DNA of 64,000 nt from Anthoceros angustus (Eukaryota; Plantae; Anthocerotophyta): positions 682,001 through 746,000 of the forward strand of contig VJWM01000108.1 of the NCBI GenBank assembly GCA_010909165.1. The letters are read 5' to 3'. Below, piece after piece: positions 48,560 through 60,829 of the stretch. The stretch's first letter is position 1; each line of letters begins with the position of its first letter. Made by a program: the position numbers and the translations under genes. The notes beneath the pieces are model-generated. The model had not been told where the DNA came from and made no database searches. It saw only the letters and a program-made list of their open reading frames with translations.

Positions 48560-49495
48560 CGATGGCCCGATGAGGAGGTTGCTGCAGTAAGTCATTAGCA
48601 AAATTGCTTCATCCGCCTCATCATTTTCTTGTTCTTCTTCCCCGCAGAGCAATCTCCTCGCTAAGTCGTGAAAGCGTGGACGTCGGAAGAGCAAGAGGTC
48701 GAAATCCTCCTGTAGTGGGAACAGCTCACTTGCGCCAAGTCCGCTTTCATCAAAGGTGACACTGCGGTCGTAGACCACCTTGCTCGAGGTACAAAAGCTT
48801 GTAAGCTTTTATACCTTGTATCCTATCATAAGGAATTTCTTGGCCTTAGCTAACTTGGTTCTCTTGGCCTTAGGAATGAAAGCGTAAGCTATGCAAGGTT
48901 CAGATAAGAAGGATGATTGGTTTTCTACCAAAGAAAGCTTCATAAGGGGTCTCCCTAAGATCCAGCAGGGCAATCTGCGTAAATAAACAACAGGTCATGA
49001 GGGCCTCAAGATGGGAGTGGCGTGAGGCTTGTGGAACAAGGAAGAAACCATCTCCCAGCTGTCAAATTCAAGCGCAGCCTACACCATTTGTTGTGGTGTG
49101 TATACGATCAGAAGTTGTCGCCCTATCCCCCATCCGCATAATAGGCGAATTCATGACGTGAATTCACCACCATTGTCAAGGAGGGTTTTCAAGCTTTTCA
49201 CCATCTCCAGATACTTCTAGTCTTTAAACAGCGAGAAGTATTCACGGCTTCTAAATAAGCCATGACAACCGGTCTGTCTGTGAATGTTAGGAACATCGCC
49301 ACCACCAATTGAGGGTCATGAAAGTGGCCCACATATGCGGACGAGCTCAAGAACGATGAAGCCCGTGGGGAGCTTGGTTCTTGGGCTCTGATGACATTTG
49401 GACAAGGAATTACGGGCTTCACAAAGTGGTAAGGGTGGCAAATCATTAATTTTTCCATCACCATACATGTCACTAGTCGCTAGTTTGTGAACTCG
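48560..49495 (-). pseudogene. Integrase part of unit IV, truncated by the copia C LTR
   Basis: Homologous to the integrase region of the other units; AT-rich repeats at 47985-48545. Confidence 0.8.
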
Positions 49496-49880
49496 TGATG
49501 AGAATCACTACTCTTAGATAGAAGAGAAACAATGGAATGAATTGATTAATGAGTAAAGTACAAGCCTTTAAATAGGCTGGTGGTTGGTTACAACAATATG
49601 TTGTTGTAACCATAAGTGGTTGCAACCATAAGTTGTTGCAACTATAAGTTGTAACAACTAACTACCTAAAGCCCTAGCTCTAAATTAATGTTTAAGTAAT
49701 GAGGCCCTAATGAATAGTGCCCTAAGCTAGACCTATTTCATCACTCCCACTCACTATGAATGTAGGGGTGAATTCTAGCTTCAAAATGAGGTCTAAATAG
49801 ATGATAGACTCCCACTTAATAAAAAGTTATAAGAAGAAAATGCTAAAACTTAAGCTTTTGATGAACAAATAAGCCTTGGG
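49496..49880 (-). mobile_element. 3' end of a third LTR element (C): LTR 49496-49743, PPT 49744-49755, short internal remnant
   Basis: TGATGA...TCATCA inverted termini; minus-strand AGTGAGTGGGAG abuts the LTR start; internal hairpin GGTTACAACAATATGTTGTTGTAACC. Confidence 0.7.
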
Positions 49881-52287
49881 AGTTAAGCATTTGCCACGGA
49901 AGGAAGCGATTACTTGCAAATGGGTTTTTAAAAACCAAGCAATCTTGGCGAGATTGCTTTCGGTACAAAGCCCGGACTCATGCCGAGGTTTCACCAAGTC
50001 CTCGGTTTAGACTACGAGGAGACTTTCTCTGTCAGGCACAATCCATCGAATCTTTGTTATCTCGAAAAGAACTTGGAGCTACACCAAATGGATGTATGTC
50101 TGCTTTTTCTACATGGTGAAATCAAGGAAGAAATCTACATGAAGCATTAGGCTATGTCGACAAGAAATTTCCTAACAAGGTACTCGAAGGCTGCCAAAGC
50201 CACTGTATGGGCTCAAAGCAGTGCGATGTTATGGAAATGAAAACTAGATGTCTTGAACTCAAGGCTTTGGGTTTGTGCAAAGCAAAGCGGACTCGTCATT
50301 TTACTACTTGGTTGATGGCTCTATGTTTTGTATCCTTTCTTTTATGTGGACGATTGCATCTTCGCCTGCACGGACACCACCATTCTCCAGAGTCAAGGAT
50401 CTTCTCGGAATAAATTCAAATGAAAGATGTGGGAGCTTTAAAATTCTGCCTAGGTGTTCAAGTCCTAAAGGAATAGAGAGAAGGGACTCATCGTTATACA
50501 TCGGAAAAGTATAGCAATCTTGAGGCGATTTTCCTTGATCCAAGCTAGACCCGGTTCACTCCAGGTTACCTGTGGGAGTCAAGGTGACTGTAACCATTGT
50601 CGCCACCCAAGAGAAACCTGCCGATATGGAGAAGATTCCTTATATAGGCATGCCGTAGGGTCGCCTAATAATATTTATCTCGGGCCGGACACGCGTCACT
50701 ATAGCTTTTCGATTAGATTCGCTTTCCAATTTCTAGAAAGACCGGAGACTGAGCACCTTTGGGCAGCCGTGAAACCAATTTATGTCGTTACGAAGAACCG
50801 CATCACTCATGGTATTTTCTTCCAAGTGGCTCCCTATCGGGACTAACCCTCTCGGCTTTCACGGATCTGCGTGGAGCCATCATTGATTCACGGAAGAGTT
50901 TATCAGCGTCGCTTTCGTACAGAGGGGCCATTAGGTCTTGTAAGAAGCAATCGAGTATTGCACTTTTCATCAACCTGAGCCGGAATATATCTCATTGGGC
51001 TGATTAATTTAAAAAGAGGCGAGGTGGGCAAGATCTTATTTGAAAGGACCTTTATGTTGAGCAGCGGTCCACCATGGTACCTGTGACATACGCTCGTGCT
51101 CTCGTGGCCAACCTCGTTTCCATGCTTATACCAAGCATATCAAATCAAACATCATTATATTAGAGACACATGGCCAAAGGAGTGATTCAAGTCAAATAAT
51201 ATCCCTACAATGACAATACAATGGATATCTTAACTAAAGGCGTTGCCCAAGCGAGACATTCACAGCGGCATGGAGTCCCTTGGCCTCACGGACTTCACCT
51301 ACTTCAAGCAAGATGAAGGTAAATTATGATCATGCTGACCTTGTGGAGTTGGGGGTGGGGACTGAGTCCCCCGGGTTTTACAAGCTTATCACATTAGTTT
51401 TGTGAACCCATGCTCCGCAGTGTCCTACCCATCCGTCGCACCATGCTCTGCGGCACATCACAACAAAGTTTTTGAGCAGGTTAGGCATGGTCGATTTACA
51501 CCACCAGTGAGTCATGGATGAAGCATCATATACCTACCCAATCCGCCCACTCGTCATTCTCTTTCCCTGCTCCTCCGTCCTTTTCGTGTTTGGTGCACTC
51601 GCCCTTTGTTCCTTGTCCTCGTGCAACGAGCAGCAGGTCCTTATTGCTTCGCCCACGCATCCCTCTAAGGGGATCACAGCTTGGATACCGGGCTTGATAT
51701 CTTGATGTCCTGGTGGTCTTCGCCTCACACCCATTTGCAACCTCAAGCTCCAGCCAAATCCTCCGCAAAGGCTGAAATCAAGGGCTTCCCACTCCTTGTC
51801 CCGGCAGCTCGAGTTATGCTAACCTCCTGCCTAGTCCTTCTCTTCCAATGCACATCACCATAGTTTTCAGTGCGTAGCGCAGCCCCTCAAGCTTCTACCG
51901 TTGCCATTTACGCTGCCGCCATCGAATCAGATATCAAAAGGAAGCCAGATGATTGCCACCGATCATGAGCAACCGAGACATATGATCGACGCCAACCGCT
52001 TGAGCTTCTGACGAATGACTTTTGGAGAGGGTATAATCGAGGCACAAAGATAACGAATTTTCTCTACTCATTTTGCTTAGTGAAGAGCAAGTATCTCAAG
52101 CTTATGTGGAGTGTTGAAATAACCTCTTTATTGGCGATGCATTATGCATTAGGTTTGACTATAAACATTACTTCATGTAATATCACTTGCACATTATTAT
52201 TTTCTCTATGGCTTTCCTTCGTGCCTTGTGTGTGCTGTGAGCGCCATGTCAAGCTTCCTTAACTTCAAGCGGCTCGTATTTTGGTTA
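49880..52287 (+). mobile_element. Second copy of the 3' half of copia B (RT, RNase H, 3' region, 3' LTR 52112-52287)
   Basis: Colinear with 38607-40835 and followed by the same array-leader flank. Confidence 0.9.
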
Positions 52288-53285
52288 TCATTATACGGTA
52301 GTTGGTGAGGCTGCATTTAAACTCTGTTTGCACAATCCTTTGTTTTCTAATCTCCCACTTGTTCGCGAGGTGGAGCAAGAGGGACATGAATTTCAGCATC
52401 AAATGTATGCAAACTTATTTTTGTTTATTTGCACGCTTACATACAACACCCCAGGAGGTCAAGGTTAGCAAGTAAAAGCGGGCTTTAACAACAAAGCAAC
52501 TCAAGTCCAAATGTCCTATCTCTTTTCGTGATCTTGTAAGTCTCAGCGATAGCGGCCACGTTTGGCGTTTTGAAACGTCTATCAACATGTTGCCGGTGTG
52601 CTTCAGATTACGGCATTTTGCGATGTGTGAGTGCGACATGTGGTCGAAACCCGCGATTACTGCTACCATGGAATGCTCGCAACACACGACGCCTGGAAGA
52701 TTGTTAGGGTTTCTAGGTGGAGGCAAACACCGAGATGGCGGTATTCGGGAAGAGAGTCGCAATCAATGTGTTGAAGACGGCGCCTTACTTCAAGAGCAAG
52801 TGCGGGCGATTTTGCGTTCGAGCTGTCCCATTCCTTATCAAATTGGTGGAAGCGATTATCACAATCATTGCCGGCACTCCTTGCCCTCACGGGCACCTCA
52901 GAATCTTTCGTGCGTGGCTGCCATTATTTTGAGTCAATAGATTGGCACTCATTTGGCTAGGATTTGTGTTTTGAATTTTGAGAACCATTTTGTAATTCTA
53001 TGATTTATATAAGATTTGTGCCAGTCTGGCGATTGTTCTAGTGTACTAGTGTCACGTTGCTCTACAAACCGACAGCAGTGCGAATTTCTTAAGAAATGCA
53101 AATTTTTACAAAATAAAATCAAGAAAAGAAACTAGTTGGTTTTCCATGATCATTTTCTTGTTTTCTCATTAGAAAATTGTTTTCTAAACAAGAAACAAAC
53201 ACAAACACATATTTGTGCACATCCAAATGTGCCTAATTTAATGTGCATTCTCATGAATGCAATCTACTTGCATAGCTCGATACCA

Positions 53286-53509
53286 TAACAAAATATGTAA
53301 TAGGTGCAGATCAATTAACATATTATTAATTACATTGTATATATGTGTATATAAGGAAAACAAGTATATGAAAGTAGAACTAGACTTAACTTAATAATGA
53401 AAAGGCATGACTCTTTGCTAAAGGGCTTAATGAAAGGGTAAGTAAGCTAAATTAAATCTAAGTGCACACTCTATATATGTAGATATAACTAAACCGAAAT
53501 AACTCAACA
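53286..53509 (-). mobile_element. Shared LTR d
   Basis: Homologous to LTR a; PBS at 53275-53285. Confidence 0.8.
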
Positions 53510-53521
53510 CTACTATCTCCA

Positions 53522-54350
53522 TTATGGCTGGCCCACAATGGCTGGCTAAAATCAAGAATGCGATCAACATAGATAATGGCCCCGGCCATACAATGGTGGC
53601 CCCACAATGGTCGGTCCGCCACAATGGCTGGCCCCCAATGCTCGCCCTACAATGGCTGCGTATGCCACAATGGCTGGCTCCATATCGCACAATGGCCGGG
53701 CCATACAATGGCTAGCGGGCCGATACAATGGCTGGCCATACAATGGCTGGCTGGATATACAATGGTTACAATGGTCACATACAATGGTAATAATGGTCGC
53801 ATACAATGATCGGCTGCCCCACAATGGCTGGCTATACAATGGCTGGCCATACAATGGCTGGTTCTACCCTACAATGGTCACAATGGCTGGCCCCACAATG
53901 GCTGAAGCCATACAATGGCCGCCCGACAATGGCCTGGCCCGACAATGGCGACGATGCTCGACAATGGTCGCTCGACAATGGGCCGGCCCGACAATACGCC
54001 CGATAATGGTCACTGTATACCATACAATGGCCGGGCCCTTTACAATGGCTTTCGGGTTCGACAATGGCTGGCCCGACAATGGCTGGCCAGTACAATGGAT
54101 GGCACCCAAGAATCCAGAGCTCAACGCCGCGGCCGGCCCGCAAGCGATGGTTGGCCCGACGACACGTCCGGCTGGCCCGGCGATGGCTGCAGCCAAATGG
54201 CGATAGCCAAATGACTGGCCGACATACAATGGCCGGGCATGGCGCCAACGCCAAAATCTCGGCCCGAATGGCGCTCAACAGCCTGGCTAAATACCGCCCG
54301 CTATACAGCTGCTGGCTATGGCCATAATGGCCGCCATAATAATGGCCCGC
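53522..54350. repeat. 15-bp minisatellite, unit V (long allele)
   Basis: CAATGGCTGGC variants over about 830 bp. Confidence 0.9.
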
Positions 54351-55349
54351 AAAGGCGGCGTATCGTACAACATGTACCATCGGGGAGTGCACTTGCGTGA
54401 TTGCTTGTAGAGAGGTGGCACTTGCCATAATAAGAATACACTTAAGAAAATGCCAAGAGTCGTGGACGCATTAGTATTTAGAGTATAGGCCGCGACTTTC
54501 TCACGACTTTCTAGCCAGACTGTGTGTAAGGGCATGGGATTAATGGAGTGCGTGGTTACCGAAAGTGGCATCGCCTCCAAGACATTTGAATGGACGTTGT
54601 TCATCATCCCACCAAATCTTAGAAAATACCCTCCCCTTCCTCCCCGCCTCCCACCTAGCCCCCCTGCTAGTCCACCAAATTTATAACTTTGCTTACATTT
54701 TACAATGTTGCTTATACTTCAATAACGAAGTAAATACATGGGAGCCACATCATCGATCCCCTGCTATAAATGAACTCTAATCATATTTTTGAAATCATAC
54801 CAATAATAAAGACTTTTGAAGAAATAAAGATCAAATATCAAAATTTTGAAAGAGACTTTACAATGTAATCTACAACAAGTGGGAGGCATCGCGTCATCAA
54901 TCCACCGCTGCAAATGGTCTTCAATAATATTTTTGTGATTAATAACAATAATAAAAGAGTTTAAAAAAATGAAGAACACATTTTGAGAAAATATTTTACA
55001 AACGTGAATCTACAACAAGGAGCCACATCATCAATCATTGATATATATTACCCTCAAATATATTTTTGATTAATAATAAAAAAAAGAGTTTTAATGTAAT
55101 AAAGAATACATTTTTGAGAAAAATATTTTACAATATAACGGCTATAACAAGGAAGCCACATAATAATCAATGCTATTGTAAATGGCTTCCAATCATATTT
55201 TTTTGATTAATGATGAGTAAAAATATTTTTTTGAAGAAATAAAGATCAAAATTTGAGTAAAAAGGCTTTACAACGTATCTACAACAAAGGGCGCATGCCC
55301 TAACGCCCGGCTAAATACCAGTTCCCGACGATGGTCTGGCCCGACGATG

Positions 55350-58000
55350 GCTACCGTCTGGCCCGACGATGTTTGGTCCCGACGACGGCCGTGCCCGACT
55401 TGAAGAGAGGAGGTTTACTTAGCAAGAAGTCATTAGCAAAATTGCTTCATCTCATCACTCATCATTTTGCCGTTGTTGTTCTTCCCTTCGTCAGAGAAAG
55501 CAATCCTCAAAAGGTAAGTCGTGAAAAACAAAGGATGCTGTAGAAGAGCAAGCGGCAGAGGTCGGAAATCCTCCCGTAGTGGGGAATAGCTCCCACTTGC
55601 GGCCAAGTCCTAGTTTCATCAAAGGTGACCTGCTGCATGCGTATAGACCACCTTGTTCTCGAGAAGTACTACATAAAGCTTTGTAAAGCTTTTATACCTT
55701 CAAGTGTATCCTATCATAAGGAATTTCTTGGCCTTAGCAAATTTTAACTTGGTTCTCTTGGCCCTTTAGGAATGAAAGCGAAGCTATGCAATCACAGGAT
55801 TCAAGATGAAGGATAGCTGGTTTTCTACCAAAGAAAGCTTCATAACGGAGTCTGTCCAGCAAGACCTGCCATGTGGGGCAATAAATTGCGTAAATAAAAT
55901 ACCGTCATGAGGCCTCGACCAAGATGGGAGTGGCAAAGAGGCTTGTGGAACAAGGAAGAAACCATCTCCTGCAAGAAGTTAAATTCAAGCGCCTACCACA
56001 CCATTTTGTTGTGGTGTGTATACGGTATCGTAAGATTTAACGTAGTTGTCGTCCTATCCTCATCCGCGCATAATAGGCTTGAAATTCGCTTTGATGAATT
56101 CACCACCATTGCTCGTAATCTGTGAGGGTTTCGGTACAAATGCTTTCCAGTCACCCATCTCTATATACTTCATGTAGTCTTTAAACAGGGAGGAAGTATT
56201 CACTTTTGGCTTCGCATTACAAGCCATAAGCCAACAACTGGGTCTTGTTGCCCTGCGGAATGTTAGGGAAAACTATCCGCCACCACCAATCGAGTACAGG
56301 AAAGTGGCCTACATATGTCAGAATATGGAGCCAGGCTCAAGAACGTATGAAGCCCCCCTGTGAGGAGCTTGGTTCTTGAAGGTCGCTTGATGACGCTTTG
56401 GACAATGCATACGTGCTTCACAAAGTGGGTAAGGGTGGCATGACCGCCAATTTTTCCATCACCATACATGTCACTAGTCGCTAGTTTTCGTGAAGAATTA
56501 CGTGGCAATCGTGAGGGTGACCTAAACGTGCATGCCATAACCTAGCTTTTTCTCGCTTTGTGCGCTTTGCGATTGTCTCAAGACTTAGAAGCTAAGTGTG
56601 TTCTAGCATCACCGATTGTGTGGCCAGTGGCGTAAACAATAGATCAAGTGGTCTCGCTAACCATAAGCTATTACTTTTCGATGATCAAATGCATCGATGA
56701 TCCACATTCTCTCGTGGGAGGAACAGGATATGACCGTTGTTATCCATGTTGAGCTTCCTAACAGTAGAGATGAGGTTCTCTGTGTCATTTCGTGGACATG
56801 ATACACTTCCGTGAGTAAGAGCGTGATCCCCTCAAGGAAGGAACTGGAATTTTCATCGCGGGTTTACGGCCCCTCGAGACATAAGTGATCTATCGCCACC
56901 CGTATGTAAACGAACCGATCTTTTACCGGCCGTCTATATAGGATTTAACGATTTAATGCGTTTTATCGCAAAACTAATGTGCTGCTACGCACGTATTTCA
57001 GATTAAGGCATTCCACTCAGGCTGTACCGGTCTCCTTGTGTGTTTGTTAGGACGGACATGTGGGGTTGGGCAACAGATGAGCAAACTCCCCTAGTCCCTC
57101 ACCGCCGCTGTGATGAAGGGTAAGCTTTGCTTTTTCACCATGGCTTACGTGTGTCTCAAAAGTGGAGTTGCCCTCCTCATGCAGGTACCTTTAAGGCATT
57201 CTAATCGCTTTCTTCGACACTTCGCTTTTCCCAATGACCCGAAATCTGCACTGCTGGCATTTCGGGGTCTTCTTGGGTTTCTTACGTAGTAGCTACAGCA
57301 CTTCGCGCGGGTATTACCTGCGAGTTAGGCTTCTTGCCTTTGTTTCATTTTGTGGTGTAAAGAGCTGCGCCGACATGCCAAGTAGTTCCTCTTGTTGCTT
57401 CTTCCCGAGAAGAGCTCTCTAACTCTGAAAACGTTGTTTGGGGAAGGGTAAAACTGCGGCCTTAGCTAGTTTACGCCCAAGGCTGGAGCGTTAGGACGTC
57501 ACAAAGTGTGACCATGACTCGGGAGTGACATCATGAAATACAATGTGAGTAAATTGAGAAGCGCCTCTAGCTTGAGAAACCAAAGGTTCTAAAGAATCCA
57601 AGATGTTTTTCAATTGTATCTCCGCCTCTCATTTTGCGATTAAACATTGCGGCGCCTCGACTTGTGGTATTTGTGCTCGCGTATAGATCTTGAAGCTCGA
57701 CCATATCTCGCAGTCTTAAGTCTTCCAGTGCAATCTCGGCGTATCGAGTCAACCCACTCAGGATCAGTACATGGCTTCATCCCTAATATAATATGTCCAT
57801 GCATCCCGATTCTTCTTTTCAAGAATAGAAGGAGTGGAGTCGGCAGTACAATATGGCAGAAACTTGTCCTCCCTTTGGCCAGCTTCCATAGTCGCTTGTT
57901 TTAGTGCTCCTCGTGATCATAACCTAGATATCATAATCGCTCCCCAAATCATCCTTTTCCTTGAAGCCATCTCCACCAAGGTTAGTGTTCGCTCAGCCAT
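55350..58000 (-). pseudogene. Copia gag-protease-integrase of unit V
   Basis: Colinear with units II and III; AT-rich repeats at 54700-55295. Confidence 0.85.
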
Positions 58001-59170
58001 GTTTAGGATTTTTGTAGGTCCTTCCTAGCTTTTATAGATTTTTATGTCAATAGATTAATGCTCTGTCTGACCTAACCTTGCTGTCAACAGGGCTAATGGT
58101 TCAAGGTATCTAAGATGCTATTGATGCATCAAAGATAGGGCCGTACAAAATGCGCCGCTTTTACAAAGGGTTAGCATGTCAAGCGTCGAGGTAGGTTGTG
58201 CATTTGAACTCATTTGCAATCCTTTGTTTTCTAATCTCCCACTTGTTAAATGCGTAGGTGGAGCAAGAGGACATGAATTTGAGCATCAAATTATGCGTAT
58301 TTGTTTTATTTGCACGCTTACATGCAACACCTGAGGAAAGGGTTAGCAAAAGCGGGCTTTAACAACTGTAAGCAACTCAAGTCCAAATGTCCTATCCGCT
58401 CTTTGAATCTTGTGTCTACACCGATAGCAAGACGCTTCTCGATCGATGTTTTGAAAACGCACGTCCTATCAACATGTTCTTCGTGTGCTTCAATTCGGCA
58501 TTTAACATGATACACTGTGTGTGGTGCGACATGTGTGGTCGAAACCCCGATTACCTACTATGGAATGCTCGCAACACACTGCTGAAGATTGTTAGGGTTT
58601 CTAGGTGGAGGCAACACCGATGGCGCCTGTTCGGGGAAGAGAGATGCAATCAATGTGTTGAATGATCCGCTTTACTTCTTCAAGAGCAAGTGCTGATTTT
58701 GCGTTGATATCCATTCGTGACTGTGGTGGAGTGCTTTGCCTGCATTTGCACTCCTTGCCCTAAGCGATTACTGCATGGAATGCGTCAAGGCGGGCGTGGC
58801 GCCATTGTTGCCCGTCCAATAGATTGGCCACTCATTTGGCTAGGATTTGTGTTTTAGAATTTTCGAGAACCATTTTTGTAATTCTATATGATTTTATATA
58901 AAGATTTATTAAGCGGTTGTTCTAGTGTATTTAGTGTCAAATTGCTCTGCAATCGACAAAAGTTGCTAGGATGACTCTTAGAAATGCAAATTTTCTAAAT
59001 AAAATCAAGAAAAGAAACTAAGTTGGTTTCTTGATCATTTTCGTTTTCTCATTAGAAAATTGTTTTAACAAGAAACAAACACAACAACACATATTTGTGC
59101 ACATCTAAATGTGCCCAATTTAATGTGCATTCTCATGAATGCAATCTATGCCTGCCAGAGCTCGATACCA

Positions 59171-59391
59171 TAACAAAATATGTATGGGTGAGGATCAATT
59201 AACATATTATTAATTACATTGTATATATGTGTATATAAGGAAAACAAGTATATGAAAGCGAAACTGGGCTTAACTCAATAATGAAAAGGCATGACTCTTG
59301 CTAAGGACGAACCCTAATGAAGGTAAGTAAGCTAAATTAAATCTAAGTGCACACTCTATATATGAATATAGCTAAACCCGATAACTCAACA
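59171..59391 (-). mobile_element. Shared LTR e
   Basis: Homologous to LTR a; PBS at 59160-59170. Confidence 0.8.
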
Positions 59392-59401
59392 CTACTCTCC
59401 A

Positions 59402-59950
59402 TTATGGTGAGCAATGGTAGCAATCCAAGAATAGTGGCTTGGAGTAATGTTGGCCATACAATGGCGCCTGATAGGCCCCGATGACAATGGACAATGGTCA
59501 AGTGGGCATACAATGGGCCAGCCCCACAATGGCCATCAATGGGCTACACAATGGCTGGCCATACAACGCTGGCGGTTATACAATGGTCATATGGTTAATT
59601 TGACCATACAATGGCCCTGATAATGACCATACAATGCTGGCAAGAATGGGCGGCGACAATGGTGGCTGACAATGGTACAATGGTGGCACGACAATGGTGA
59701 CCCGACAATGGTGACCATACAATGGGTGGCACCCTATAGCTTGCCCGACAATGGCGCCCGACAATGGTATCTATGGATGGCAAATCAAGAATGGCGTACG
59801 GCATGGGTGGCTGATGATGGCGTTGGCCAGGTGTTGGTTCCGAACGATGGTGTCCGACAAGGTGTAATGGTGAAAATCCAAAGAGGGAATGGCGTAGCCT
59901 TACAAGCGATGGCCCCGGCACGATGGTATACTAGGCTGACATATAATAGC
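59402..59950. repeat. 15-bp minisatellite, unit VI (degenerate)
   Basis: ACAATGG-containing repeats. Confidence 0.85.
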
Positions 59951-60829
59951 CAAAGGCTGAAACATATTACCATCGAGTCTTGTGGGGTAGCAGAGGTGCA
60001 CGTCATAATAAGAACACTTAAGAAAATGCCAAAGAGCGTGACGTGCATTAGAGCGCCCCGCCGCGACTTTTCCTTTCTCGATCGTGTGTAAGGGTTGGGA
60101 TTAATGGAGTGCGTGCAGTGTGCACGCCTCCGCACATTTGAATGGACGTGTTCATCATCCCCCACCAAATTTAAAATACCCTCCCCTTCCTCCCCGTCTC
60201 CACCTAGCCCCTTGCTAGTCCACCAAATTTATAACTTTGCTTGTTTACAATGTTGCTTATACTTCACGCAATCTACAACATGGGAGCCACATCATCATCC
60301 CTCGTTATAAATGAACTCTAATCATATTTTTGAAATCAATACCAATAATAAAGACTTTTGAAGAAATAAAGATCAAATATCAAATTTTGAGAAAAGATTT
60401 TACAATGTAATCTACAACAAGGGAGGCCGTCATCAATCCACGCTGCAAATGGTCTTCAATATTTTTGTGATTAATAACAATAATAAAGAGTTTAAAAATG
60501 AAGAACACATTTTGAGAAAAATATTTTACAACGAATCTACAACAAGGAGCCACATCATCAATCGCTGATATATATTACCTCAAATCATATTTTTGATTAA
60601 TAATAAAAAGAGTTTTAATGAATAAAGAATACATTTTGAGAAAAATATTTTACAATGTATCTATAACAAGGAAGCCACATCATCAATTGCTATTGTAAAT
60701 GGCTTCAATCATATTTTTGATTAATGATGATAAAAATATTTTTTTGAAGAAATAAAGATCAAAATTTGAGAAAAAGGCTTTACAACGTAATCTACAACAA
60801 GGGCGCCTAACGCCCGACAATGGTGGCCC

